A stretch of DNA of 64,000 nt from Candidatus Poribacteria bacterium (GTDB lineage: Bacteria; Poribacteria; WGA-4E; PCPOR2b): positions 5,120,001-5,184,000 of the forward strand of contig OZ244042.1 of the NCBI GenBank assembly GCA_965215015.1, given 5' to 3'. This document shows, one piece after another, positions 1 through 8,605 of the stretch (position 1 is its first letter; each line of letters begins with the position of its first letter). The notes beneath the pieces were generated by a model. It saw nothing but the letters and a program-made list of their open reading frames with translations, did no database searches and was not told where the DNA came from. Position numbers and translations under genes: made by a program.

Positions 1-45
1 CCCAGCGTAGGTGGTATGCGTTGGTGGCATGTATCAATAACAGAC

Positions 46-742
46 CTACTTGACAATCACCCTCCGCTCCGTCGCAGTGAAATCCTCTATTTCCAACCGA
101 TAAAAGTAGACTCCCGTCGCAACACGCTCTCCCAACGTATTTCTCCCATCCCAATGCGCCTCACAATTTCAGGAAAGATAAACCCCTGCCGGTTGTTGCC
201 CGAGATTCAAGGTGTGAACCCGCACCGGCGATGGGGTTGCAAGCTGATAGGGTATCCACGTCTCGGGGTTGAGTGGATTGGGATAGTTGGGGAGTGGTGC
301 GCCCCATCGTAACTGGCGGCAACAGTATCCCGACTAAAAATTATGCGCCGATATGGCAGAGATAACTCTGCAACCAGTCGTCTGGCCCGTGTATCCCAAA
401 TCTGCACCGCAGGCGCGTAAGTATCCCCATCGGGACCACGAACACTTGTTGTGAACCCCCTGGGGCTGCTGCATTCGTTCCCTTATCATAGTGCATCTCC
501 GCGATAATTTCCGTTGTGGCGATGTCCCGAACGCGAGCAACACCCCTAGCTATAACAAAGTATCTACCATCATCGCTAAATCCGATCTGGATTGGATGAC
601 CGTGGCCTTCAAACCTGCCACTTAACTTTCCAGTGTCTACCTCCCAACACCGCACATTTGCGGAACGATACTGTATGCCAAATCATCGATACGACCTTCA
701 CCCCCGGTCAGCGTCTCAACTACCTGTCCCGTAATGTACATT
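46..742 (-). pseudogene. Decayed WD40-repeat protein with C-terminal FlgD-Ig/secretion-type domain
   Basis: Minus-strand fragments in shifting frames: ITGQVVETLTGGEGRIDDLAYS, RCWEVDTGKLSGRFEGHGHPIQIGFSDDGRY, QIWDTRARRLVAEL, then PLPNYPNPLNPETWIPYQL and NLGQQPAGVYLS*NCEAHWDGRNTLGERVATGVYFYRLEIEDFTATERRVIVK* (internal TGA; final stop at 46-48). A REP-like element abuts the upstream end at 745. Confidence 0.8.
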
Positions 743-744
743 AG

Positions 745-778
745 GTTACGGCATACGGAGTATGCCTACTACTAGCAA
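745..778. repeat. REP-like palindrome GGCATAC-GGA-GTATGCC-TACTAC
   Basis: The same motif recurs at about 3181, 3247, 16190, 19143, 19543, 25846, 29762, 31820 and 33010. Confidence 0.8.
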
Positions 779-792
779 CTTGCGTTAAAATA

Positions 793-832
793 AAAAAAGC
801 CGTCTCAAAGAAATCACCTCAAGACGGCTTTT
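793..832 (-). terminator. Probable intrinsic terminator
   Basis: AAAAAAGCCGTCT...AGACGGCTTTTT stem flanked by A/T tracts, downstream of the 857-2689 operon. Confidence 0.6.
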
Positions 833-856
833 CTATTTTTCGTAGGGAATAATCCA

Positions 857-1414
857 CTATTTGATCGCGGCCCTCGCCGCAAGTATGTCCTTCCCGCGTC
901 CTTGTTCTTGCAGTGCAATCAAGGTCTGTAACGTTTTCCTCAGTTCTTGACGATAGCTATAGCTGAAAACCACAAATTGGGCCTGTTGTTCAACAGTCAA
1001 GATCTGGTTAATTTCGTCCATGATCTTTTGTCTTTCGGCAATGAACCCATTCTCGACTTCGCGGTGATGTGTTAAGGCGGTTTGTAACTCAACCTGTGCT
1101 GTCTTAGAGTCAACCGGGGTGGCTTGTAATTGCTTTAGTAGGTTCATACTTCGCCGGTGTTCCTGCCTATACCGCATTTTTAACTTTTCCAGTTTGTTGA
1201 ACTGGCTTAATAAAGGCAGCTTTTGCTCTGCCGTTGGTGAAACTGCATCAACCAACTTCCAAATTTTGAGGGTTTCAACCAATTCAGCTATCTCGCTCTC
1301 GCTTGGCGTTGTCGGTCGGGAAGCCGGTGTGTCTGCTTTGATGAACGGAATCAAGAACACCAGCGCGAGCACTACAGGGATTACCAAAAGCAATGGTAGA
1401 TAACGACGTTTCAT
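857..1414 (-). CDS. Exported Spy/CpxP-like helical protein
   Basis: N-terminal hydrophobic signal, coiled-coil body and ILTVEQQAQF (LTxEQ) motif; third gene of an ECF/anti-sigma operon. Confidence 0.7.
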   Translation of the reverse strand: MKRRYLPLLLVIPVVLALVFLIPFIKADTPASRPTTPSESEIAELVETLKIWKLVDAVSPTAEQKLPLLSQFNKLEKLKMRYRQEHRRSMNLLKQLQATPVDSKTAQVELQTALTHHREVENGFIAERQKIMDEINQILTVEQQAQFVVFSYSYRQELRKTLQTLIALQEQGRGKDILAARAAIK

Positions 1415-1441
1415 AGATAGTATCCTCCTTTGAAAGTTTTT

Positions 1442-2107
1442 TTACTCCAAGACGGTAAAAGCAAATTGATCTGTCGTCGAAGGAACAGCATCAGTGAAAA
1501 CCTCATCTCCAAAAGCTTCAACGTTGATTTCGGCATTAATGACATGGAACCATTGGTTGACAAGGTCGGTGGATGCCTCCGAATTTGGCAGTCGAATTTC
1601 ATCCACAAGTGAACTCCGGCTGTCCCAAATCGAAGGCACGTCTAGGCGTTGAAGTTCACGATTTAACTGTTCCCGCAACTGTTCTACAGGGATTTCAGCC
1701 ATAAAACTTGGGGAAATGAGCACATCAAAAGTCGAGGCATCGGTTGAGGCTCTGAATAAGGGACTGTTGGAAAGTCCCCAGAAGCTTAAAAGGAGAACCA
1801 ATACACAAGCCCCACCTGCCATTTTCCATCCTTGCCTCCTTACCCAAAGGAGAAGGTGATTTTCTTCAAATCCTTGACTCTGCGAAATTCTCATACGGAG
1901 AGTGGGCCAAAACGCTCTCCATGCCTCTGGCGTGGGATACTCTACCGGCAGACTGCTAGCATGATGGATTGTTTCCTCAAAGATTTGCAATTCTTTTTCG
2001 CAGTGAGGGCAGGCGTCAATATGAAGTTCTAATTGCTGGGACCGTTTTGGATATAACGTTCCCTCAATATATGCTGGTATTAATTTTTCGACTAATTTAC
2101 ATTTCAT
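1442..2107 (-). CDS. Zinc-binding anti-sigma factor (zf-HC2/ZAS) with transmembrane helix
   Basis: MKC...HIDACPHC (HxxxCxxC) followed by a hydrophobic segment; directly downstream of an ECF sigma gene. Confidence 0.85.
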   Translation of the reverse strand: MKCKLVEKLIPAYIEGTLYPKRSQQLELHIDACPHCEKELQIFEETIHHASSLPVEYPTPEAWRAFWPTLRMRISQSQGFEENHLLLWVRRQGWKMAGGACVLVLLLSFWGLSNSPLFRASTDASTFDVLISPSFMAEIPVEQLREQLNRELQRLDVPSIWDSRSSLVDEIRLPNSEASTDLVNQWFHVINAEINVEAFGDEVFTDAVPSTTDQFAFTVLE

Positions 2108-2113
2108 GAGGAA

Positions 2114-2689
2114 TCAATTTTCTTCTAAGTAAGGTACAAGTAGGTCTCGTAGTTTTCGCGTCGCGCTAAAGAGATGGGCTTTGACGCTTCCGACACGCAG
2201 ATGGAGCACATCGGCAATTTCACGAAGTGCTAATCCTTCATAGTGCCTTAAAATAAACACTTGCTTCTGGCGCGGAGACAACTGTTGGATGGCATTCCTA
2301 ATTTCCCTTCCAAGCTCAGCCTGTTCTAAGCCCTGCATTGTAACATCTTCGACACCGCCTGAAGGGAATAGGAAATCATCAGCAGGAAATTCTTCGACAA
2401 AAGAGATATTTTTATGACTTGCCCGACGGCGTGTATAATCAATGCACGCATTTTTAGCAATCCGATAAATCCATGTGTAAAATGTGGATTTGCTTTCAAA
2501 GCGATTGAGTGCCTTGAAGCTTCTGAAGAAGATCTCCTGAGACAGATCGTACGCATCCTCCGGATGGTGAGTAAAGCTATAAGCAAGCTCGTAAATCCGT
2601 TTCTGATACTTCTGAACCAACTCACCAAAAGCACGGGTATCCCCGCACTGTGCTCTTTTAACGAGGTAGCGATCTGGATCTTCTTTCAT
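2114..2689 (-). CDS. ECF RNA polymerase sigma factor
   Basis: Region 2 (DAYDLSQEIF..FYTWIYRIAKNACID) and region 4 (LSPRQKQVFILRHYEGLALREIA..GSVKAHL). Confidence 0.95.
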   Translation of the reverse strand: MKEDPDRYLVKRAQCGDTRAFGELVQKYQKRIYELAYSFTHHPEDAYDLSQEIFFRSFKALNRFESKSTFYTWIYRIAKNACIDYTRRRASHKNISFVEEFPADDFLFPSGGVEDVTMQGLEQAELGREIRNAIQQLSPRQKQVFILRHYEGLALREIADVLHLRVGSVKAHLFSATRKLRDLLVPYLEEN

Positions 2690-2703
2690 GGCGTTTGTCC
2701 CGT

Positions 2704-2733
2704 AGTAGACGCAGTAAAAAAAGAAAAGTTTAG
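2704..2733 (-). promoter_or_regulatory. Putative ECF autoregulatory promoter
   Basis: Minus strand reads TAAAC-N16-CGTCTAC immediately upstream of the sigma ATG, fitting the AAC/CGT ECF consensus. Confidence 0.6.
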
Positions 2734-2814
2734 GTAACTCCAGCTGAGCCTTACAACCCGGCTAAGACCTGCGATAGTACAGAATTGAGACAGAGGGAGG
2801 GATAAGTACAGAAG

Positions 2815-2891
2815 TGGAGCCGGTGAGAGGATTTGAACCTCCGACCTGTTGATTACGAATCAACCGCTCTGACCAACTGAGCTACACCGGC
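2815..2891 (-). tRNA. tRNA-Thr(CGT)
   Basis: Reverse complement GCCGGTGTAGCTCAGTTGGTCAGAGCGGTTGATT-CGT-AATCAACAGGTCGGAGGTTCAAATCCTCTCACCGGCTCCA folds as a cloverleaf and encodes CCA. Confidence 0.97.
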
Positions 2892-2941
2892 ACATAAGAA
2901 AAACGGTCCCAACACAGATGATGAGACCGTAAGAATAGGGA

Positions 2942-3014
2942 TGCCGAGGGGCAGAATTGAACTGCCGACACATGGATTTTCAGTCCACTGCTCTACCGAC
3001 TGAGCTACCTCGGC
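2942..3014 (-). tRNA. tRNA-Phe(GAA)
   Basis: Reverse complement GCCGAGGTAGCTCAGTCGGTAGAGCAGTGGACT-GAA-AATCCATGTGTCGGCAGTTCAATTCTGCCCCTCGGCA; CCA is not encoded. Confidence 0.97.
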
Positions 3015-3033
3015 ACGATTAAAAGTGGGTAGA

Positions 3034-3063
3034 ATAATACCAAATGAATAAAGTGGATGTCAA
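3034..3063 (-). promoter_or_regulatory. Sigma70-type promoter for the tRNA pair
   Basis: TTGACA-N18-TATTAT on the minus strand about 20 nt upstream of tRNA-Phe. Confidence 0.6.
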
Positions 3064-3136
3064 GCGTTTTTTTACTTCGGGCACCCAAACCATACGGATT
3101 GAGCCAACCGGGCGGCGACAGTGAATCCCAAAGCAG

Positions 3137-3328
3137 TCGGCACGCGGAGCGTGCCCGCCCCCGGCTTACGGGGAAGGAGGGGTTACGGCATACGGCGTAT
3201 GCCTTAATTAAGTTCGTAGTAGCGCAATTCATTGCGCGTAAGGAGGGGTTACGGCAAACCGCGTATGCCTACTACCTTAAAGACGTGCAATGAACATGCT
3301 ACTACAAGCTCAATGTGTAACACCTAAG
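3137..3328. repeat. Cluster of REP-like palindromes
   Basis: GGCACGCGGAGCGTGCC, GGCATACGGCGTATGCC and GTAGTAGCGCAATTCATTGCGC (GTAG plus stem). Confidence 0.75.
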
Positions 3329-3334
3329 TAAAAT

Positions 3335-3364
3335 AAAAAGCCCTATGCGCTGTATATAGGGCTT
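3335..3364 (-). terminator. Probable intrinsic terminator of the VOC gene
   Basis: AAAAAGCCCTAT...ATAGGGCTT hairpin with a U tract on the minus strand. Confidence 0.55.
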
Positions 3365-3388
3365 GAGGTCAATCTGAAATGTTTTCTA

Positions 3389-3796
3389 TTATCGCGGTTG
3401 GACGCCTGGCCACTGATCATCGCTTGCTGTCACATCTACTACAATTCCGTCAGGGTCTTCCACCTTGAACGATTCGTCCGGGGGCGAATCCGGATCGTAG
3501 GCTTTTCCGCCAACTCCATCCGATATAATTGTGAAGCCATTCGCCTCACACCGCTGCGCTGCTTCCTGTAGGTCTGGGACACGAACACCGATGTGGAGAT
3601 AGTCCAGCATTCCACCAACGTGCGGCGGACGTTCGGGGCCATTGTGCTGAAAGACCCGGAAGTTGTGGTAGCCATCGGTGAGATCGTAGCAGCCATCCAT
3701 TGTTGAAAACACTTTCAATCCGAGGGCATCGCGCCAAAATCGGATAGTCTCCTCTAAATTGGTGGCGCGGACACCGATATGTACGAGGGTTGACAT
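3389..3796 (-). CDS. VOC/glyoxalase family protein
   Basis: LVHIGVRATNLEETIRFW, LHIGVRVPDL and FKVEDPDGIVVDV; preceded by an AGGAGG RBS. Confidence 0.9.
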   Translation of the reverse strand: MSTLVHIGVRATNLEETIRFWRDALGLKVFSTMDGCYDLTDGYHNFRVFQHNGPERPPHVGGMLDYLHIGVRVPDLQEAAQRCEANGFTIISDGVGGKAYDPDSPPDESFKVEDPDGIVVDVTASDDQWPGVQPR

Positions 3797-3888
3797 TACT
3801 GATTCCTCCTTGTAGAAAAGGTTACAAAGTACGGGGAATTATAGCACACTTGCATCAAGGGAAAAACAAAAAAACACTTCGAGCGCGT

Positions 3889-4323
3889 TTAATGTACAGC
3901 GATGCTATCCCGAATCCTCTCCAATGTTTTCTCCCCAATGCCTTTGACGTTGGTAAGGTCATCAACGGTGGAAAATTCGCCGGAGATTTGACGGTATTCA
4001 ATAATGCGTTGCGCCATTACAGGTCCAATACCTTGCAGTGTTTGTAATTCTTGGGAGGTCGCGGTATTGATATTAATGTGCACCCTATCTGACGGTACAG
4101 ACCTCTTTACGGAAAGCTGCGAGGACACAGAAGGAACAGATGGGGTGGAAGGTGGAGGTGATGTAGGTAAAGGTGGGGCCGCTTCTGTCTCGATAACGAG
4201 ATCGGGTTCACCGAGAAAAAGCGCGGGGTGAAAATGCTTTAACATCCAATACCCCCCGGCGGCAAGTATCACGACAACGAGAGCAATAATAACCTTGTTA
4301 TATTCTGATTCGAGGAGGTCCAT
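3889..4323 (-). CDS. comEA: ComEA-like helix-hairpin-helix DNA-binding protein
   Basis: N-terminal TM helix, Pro-rich linker, ININTATSQELQTLQGIGPVMAQRII and VKGIGEKT. Confidence 0.85.
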   Translation of the reverse strand: MDLLESEYNKVIIALVVVILAAGGYWMLKHFHPALFLGEPDLVIETEAAPPLPTSPPPSTPSVPSVSSQLSVKRSVPSDRVHININTATSQELQTLQGIGPVMAQRIIEYRQISGEFSTVDDLTNVKGIGEKTLERIRDSIAVH

Positions 4324-4344
4324 CTTCTATCTGTACCGACCTAG

Positions 4345-5430
4345 CTATTTAATCCAGCCGCCACCAACGACGGTGTCGCCATCATAGAATACCGCTGCCT
4401 GTCCCGGAGTCACAGCACGACGCGGTTGATCAAACTTGACTTCCACCTCTGTGTCCCCCAAGGGACTAATCGTCGCCGCTGCCCCTGCATCCTTATAGCG
4501 AATCTTGACATCGGATCGTATCGGCTCAGTTAGCTTATCCATCGTGATGAGGTTCACCTTCTCGACCTGCATTGTATCCGCCAAGAGGTCTTCGTTCTTT
4601 CCAACGACAATGGTGTTGTCGTGAACCTTTAACTCCGTAACATAGAGCGGCGTATTGGCAGAAATCCCCAACCCTCTCCGTTGGCCAACCGTATAAAACG
4701 GGATTCCTTGATGCGCTCCGAGCACCTGACCTTCTTGGTCAACGATAGTGCCTTCCTGAATATTTTCAGGGATTCGATCCGTAAGAAATCGCTTGTAGTT
4801 GTCATCTGCTATAAAGCAGAGCTCTTGGCTTTCCGGCTTCTCCGCTGTTCGCAACTGATACTTCCGTGCTACCTCTCTTACCTCGTCCTTTGCGTACCCG
4901 CCAAGCGGCATCAACGCGCGGCTCAACTGTGCCTGTGTCAACGAAAACAGGAAGTAGGACTGATCTTTGCGGGAATCAATCCCTTTGTGCAAGGTATAGC
5001 GACCTGTCTCCGGATCGCGTTCGATTCTGGCGTAGTGCCCTGTCGCTACGTGCTCAACTTCCAATTGCGTTGCGAGCTCAAGTAGTTTCCCAAACTTCAA
5101 GTCCTGATTGCAGATGACGCAGGGGCTCGGTGTCCGTCCAGAAACGTATTCGTCAGTAAAGTAATCAATGATACTCTGGCGGAAAGGTGTTTCGTAATTG
5201 ACGGCGTAAAACGGTATCCCCAACTGTGTCGCAACCCGCCGTGCATCCTCAACACCCTCAAGCGAGCAACAGCTCGGCTTATCCGACTCGATCTCGATTG
5301 TGTCATGTGTACCGAGTCGCATGGTAATTGCAATCACATCATAGCCGGCTTCAACCATCAATGCCGCAGTTACTGAACTATCAACACCGCCGCTCATCGC
5401 AGCGATAACCTTCGTGTCCAATATAATCAC
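4345..5430 (-). CDS. mnmA: tRNA 2-thiouridine(34) synthase MnmA
   Basis: AMSGGVDSS PP-loop, GRTPSPCVICN, ATGHYA, KDQSYFL, ESQELCF and TPGQAAVFY. Confidence 0.97.
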   Translation of the reverse strand: MIILDTKVIAAMSGGVDSSVTAALMVEAGYDVIAITMRLGTHDTIEIESDKPSCCSLEGVEDARRVATQLGIPFYAVNYETPFRQSIIDYFTDEYVSGRTPSPCVICNQDLKFGKLLELATQLEVEHVATGHYARIERDPETGRYTLHKGIDSRKDQSYFLFSLTQAQLSRALMPLGGYAKDEVREVARKYQLRTAEKPESQELCFIADDNYKRFLTDRIPENIQEGTIVDQEGQVLGAHQGIPFYTVGQRRGLGISANTPLYVTELKVHDNTIVVGKNEDLLADTMQVEKVNLITMDKLTEPIRSDVKIRYKDAGAAATISPLGDTEVEVKFDQPRRAVTPGQAAVFYDGDTVVGGGWIK

Positions 5431-5674
5431 CTACCTCCACAATTTGCAGAATGAAATTATAATCTAAGTGACTACCTGTCGCCCCACTGGGGCTAAAGAA
5501 GGAGTGGGCCAACCACGCTTCTAAGTCCCTTGGTTTCTCATTCGATATAGTTAAAAGTACAAAATATCAATAGGCTTTAAGTGAATTTTATATTAGGAAT
5601 TATATTAAGGATAGCATACGCTCTCATGCGTTGTCAAGATCTTCAGAATTTCTAGAAAGTTTTGACAATTTTAC

Positions 5675-5703
5675 TTGACTACTTTATATTTGTGTGGTAT
5701 AAT
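5675..5703 (+). promoter_or_regulatory. Sigma70-type promoter
   Basis: TTGACT-N17-TATAAT with an extended TG, upstream of the small Cys-rich ORF. Confidence 0.65.
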
Positions 5704-5769
5704 TCACATTTGGAAAAACGAGGATTAACATATTGTGAAATGCAACCCCCTTCGTAACCTAGTGAAAGT

Positions 5770-5979
5770 ATGATGTATATACATAAAGAAAGGAACTCCC
5801 AAGTGAAAACAGCATCTTCATCAAAAGTAACTAAAGCAATCCACGTGATCAAAGATCAGTGTTGCGCCAAGTGTGGTACGCAAGCGAAAGGCTTTGTCTA
5901 CCGCAAAGCGCATCCGATTTACTACTGCCGCAGATGCTTGCGCGATGAGATTGACAATCGTGGACAATTGGTCGCGTAA
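5770..5979 (+). CDS. Small putative zinc-ribbon protein
   Basis: CAKC...CRRC motif; a strong promoter lies upstream. An alternative GTG start at 5803 follows AAGGA. Confidence 0.55.
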   Translation: MMYIHKERNSQVKTASSSKVTKAIHVIKDQCCAKCGTQAKGFVYRKAHPIYYCRRCLRDEIDNRGQLVA

Positions 5980-5980
5980 G

Positions 5981-6109
5981 TGTAACGCAAATTGCTAGGT
6001 GATAAACCAAGCGTCAAAAACCGACGCAAGGGTCGGGAATTCCAATTCCCGACTCCTACACAATACAGCCGGTAGGGGACGCACCTTCTAAGTCGCGATT
6101 TGCGTTACA
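5981..6109. mobile_element. MITE-like element
   Basis: Terminal inverted repeats TGTAACGCAAATTGC / GCGATTTGCGTTACA (14 of 15 match) enclose REP-like hairpins (GTCGGGAATT-CC-AATTCCCGAC). Confidence 0.55.
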
Positions 6110-6114
6110 AAACT

Positions 6115-6148
6115 AAAAAAGGGCGTACCCACAGGCGCGCCCTTTTTT
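6115..6148. terminator. Bidirectional intrinsic terminator
   Basis: AAAAAAGGGCG...CGCCCTTTTTT between convergent genes. Confidence 0.75.
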
Positions 6149-6166
6149 AGTTGTTCGTTTGATATA

Positions 6167-8014
6167 CTAATTATCATCCTCACGTTCACTGAGCAACTCG
6201 CCACGTGCCAGCCGTTCCGCATTCTCGGTTGACCAGAGGATATTCTTCATCAACTTTTGTGCGGTGATGTAACGGGTCGCCGCGAGGAGATGCATCCGCT
6301 TCTCCTCGGAGTCGCTAGTCAGCGCATAGTGCCGAAAAGCGACTTCGAGCACCTGAAACATGTGAAGTTCTGCATCTTCACGGAGTAGAATGTGAGCCAA
6401 TGCACGCTTGAGCGCGTCAACGTCGTGACCTTCCTCCCAATATTGGTTCACAAGGATTTCCGCTTCGTAGACCTTTTGGAAGTCGGCAAACTCCTGAAAA
6501 CGATCCAACATCTCATCAACGGAGTCGAAAGCTTCGTCAAGCCGTTGACCGAGGCGGGGGATACGCGCCGCCGGCATGTTCAACCAGCGTAGGTAGTTCA
6601 GGAACACGGCACCGTGGAAGATTCCACGTAAAAGGTCTGCGCTCGGTGCGTAGTGGGACGCGCAGTAAAGCGCGTGTGCGTAGGAGTAAATGTTTGCCAC
6701 GTCGTGCCAATCGCCCTCATTCTTGAGATGGAAGCGCGCGGTCCGAATCGCTGCAGCGTAAGTCATAGCTCGGCAGATATCGGTCGGTTTCACACCGGCG
6801 CGAAGTTTCTCCTCAATCTCCGCAACAATCGGCACAAAATCGTCGCCAAGCATCGTTTCGGTGAAATCCGAAATATTGAGTTCCGCCGCATTGGCTTGGT
6901 TCGCCTCCCAGATTTCATCCAACCGATTGAAGATTGGCTCCAGCACCGGCACACTATCTGCCCATCGGGACGTCTCCTCATGCCGTGTCCGGCTAACCAA
7001 ATCGACCACAATTGGACGCAAGATCTCATGTGCGCCCTCCCACTCGACGTAATCCAACGCTTCAAACATCTTGTTGGCAAAATCGAGGGCGTGACCGTCG
7101 CCGGTGAAGTAGAAATCAGTGGCAGCAGTAAACACGAAATCCGCTATGACCGATTTGCCGTAGCCGCGGTCATTCAGCGTGAGCAGAATGCGCTCAGCGG
7201 CACCGCGGTCCCGTTTGTCGATAAAATAGCGGAACCATCGTTTCAGGGTTGCGAGGTCGTGTTCCTCTGTGGCCTGTGGGAACGGCGCACGATATGGACG
7301 CGAACTTCCCGATGTTCGACGGCTGATCTGCACCAGTCCATGTACGAGGAATAGGTTGTGATCTTTCGGGTCCACCTCGTCCCATAAATTCGCTGCGAGC
7401 GTCAGAATGGCAACGCCGGATGACCAGCCCTCGCTGCTTTTATGGGCACCATAGTGAAGCCCTTGCTGAATAATCTCCTGTGATGTTGCCCCTGCATCGG
7501 TGAGTGCTGTAACTGCCTTCGCAATGAAGAAGGAACTCCGGTCCTTGAGCCCTCGTTCAAGGGCGCGCTTGCCACGGTCAATGACACGGCGTTTTGCTGC
7601 ATCTCGCTCGCCACGGGCCAGCCCAACGTACAGATACCCGTCATCGCGCACCGTAACCGGGAATGCTTTCAGATCATCCCCAGATGCGAGAAAGCAACCG
7701 CCCGATTTGAGGTCAAATTCCCAGTGGTGCCAGTGGCAAATCAACACACCATCTCGGACGCTGCCTTCGGACATCGGATAGCCCATGTGCGGACAGCGGT
7801 TATCAACCGCGTAAAATTTATCCCGATACTTAAAGATGGCAAGGTGCGTGCCATCTACATGAAAAGGTTTTCCCTCGCCTTCTTCATAGGTATCGGCGGG
7901 GCAGAGTTGATGATAGACCAGATCGGTTTCATCCGTAAAATCTACAGTCGGAAGATCTGCAACATGGATTGAACCTGCCGGTGTTTCTTGAGAGGTACGG
8001 GGTGAAATACTCAT
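6167..8014 (-). CDS. Rieske [2Fe-2S] protein with a large uncharacterised helical C-terminal region
   Basis: CPHMG-x-CHWHHW Rieske ligands (NirD-like ferredoxin fold) followed by about 480 aa of helical, His-containing sequence (GHALDFANK, DWHDVAN, ELHMFQ); AAGGAGG RBS. Confidence 0.85.
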   Translation of the reverse strand: MSISPRTSQETPAGSIHVADLPTVDFTDETDLVYHQLCPADTYEEGEGKPFHVDGTHLAIFKYRDKFYAVDNRCPHMGYPMSEGSVRDGVLICHWHHWEFDLKSGGCFLASGDDLKAFPVTVRDDGYLYVGLARGERDAAKRRVIDRGKRALERGLKDRSSFFIAKAVTALTDAGATSQEIIQQGLHYGAHKSSEGWSSGVAILTLAANLWDEVDPKDHNLFLVHGLVQISRRTSGSSRPYRAPFPQATEEHDLATLKRWFRYFIDKRDRGAAERILLTLNDRGYGKSVIADFVFTAATDFYFTGDGHALDFANKMFEALDYVEWEGAHEILRPIVVDLVSRTRHEETSRWADSVPVLEPIFNRLDEIWEANQANAAELNISDFTETMLGDDFVPIVAEIEEKLRAGVKPTDICRAMTYAAAIRTARFHLKNEGDWHDVANIYSYAHALYCASHYAPSADLLRGIFHGAVFLNYLRWLNMPAARIPRLGQRLDEAFDSVDEMLDRFQEFADFQKVYEAEILVNQYWEEGHDVDALKRALAHILLREDAELHMFQVLEVAFRHYALTSDSEEKRMHLLAATRYITAQKLMKNILWSTENAERLARGELLSEREDDN

Positions 8015-8089
8015 GGTGTGCCCTCCTTGTCACGTAAGAGATGACGTGATAAATTACAGTCGTTTTCTGATTCGATCTGACTGATTGAA

Positions 8090-8118
8090 AGTGTAGCGCG
8101 TCTAATGGATCTTGTCAA
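8090..8118 (-). promoter_or_regulatory. Sigma70-type promoter upstream of the Rieske gene
   Basis: TTGACA-N17-TACACT on the minus strand. Confidence 0.6.
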
Positions 8119-8300
8119 CATAATTAGCGTTCTATCGGATAGCCGCCGCTCTCGCGCCGCAACCCGTTCAAGAGCACCTTGGCATTTGAGAAGCTGCTTT
8201 CGAGAGTTTCGCTACTAGCGCGGCGGCAGCACCGACACCCGGTCGGTCCCAGTCGATGACAATTGCTGTTTCAACCAAAGTTCCGGTTGCCTAAGCTTTA

Positions 8301-8317
8301 AGCAAATTTGATGCCAA
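8301..8317 (-). promoter_or_regulatory. Sigma54 -24/-12 promoter
   Basis: Minus strand TTGGCATCAAATTTGCT has the GG-N10-GC spacing and faces the Rieske gene. Confidence 0.8.
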
Positions 8318-8404
8318 GATCTTCAAAATCGGCAGAACCTGCACTGGTGTTGGACATCGCGCATGAATGAGCAATCAACGAACCGCTCCACATGAGTCTG
8401 CGAG

Positions 8405-8508
8405 TGTTTCAATTTGAAACCACTGGTATGCGCTAGCGTCCGACGCACCAATGCAGGTAGGCTATTCTCAGAATTGTTTCATCTTGAAACCTTGTTCATA
8501 TTTGAAAC
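8405..8508. promoter_or_regulatory. Three putative enhancer (UAS) palindromes for the sigma54 activator
   Basis: TGTTTCAATTTGAAAC (8405), TGTTTCATCTTGAAAC (8475) and TGTTCATATTTGAAACA (8493), located 90-190 bp upstream of the -24/-12 site. Confidence 0.7.
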
Positions 8509-8605
8509 AAAAAGAGTTGACAGGAAATCGCATTATATGGTATAAAGGCCAAATAAAATAGAGAAAAGGAAGCCTATCAGCCCGTTTCACCTATGGGAGG
8601 GAAAA

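Noticed and set aside
2815-3014. tRNA-anchored genomic island
   Set aside because: No integrase and no duplicated tRNA 3' end were seen in the window.
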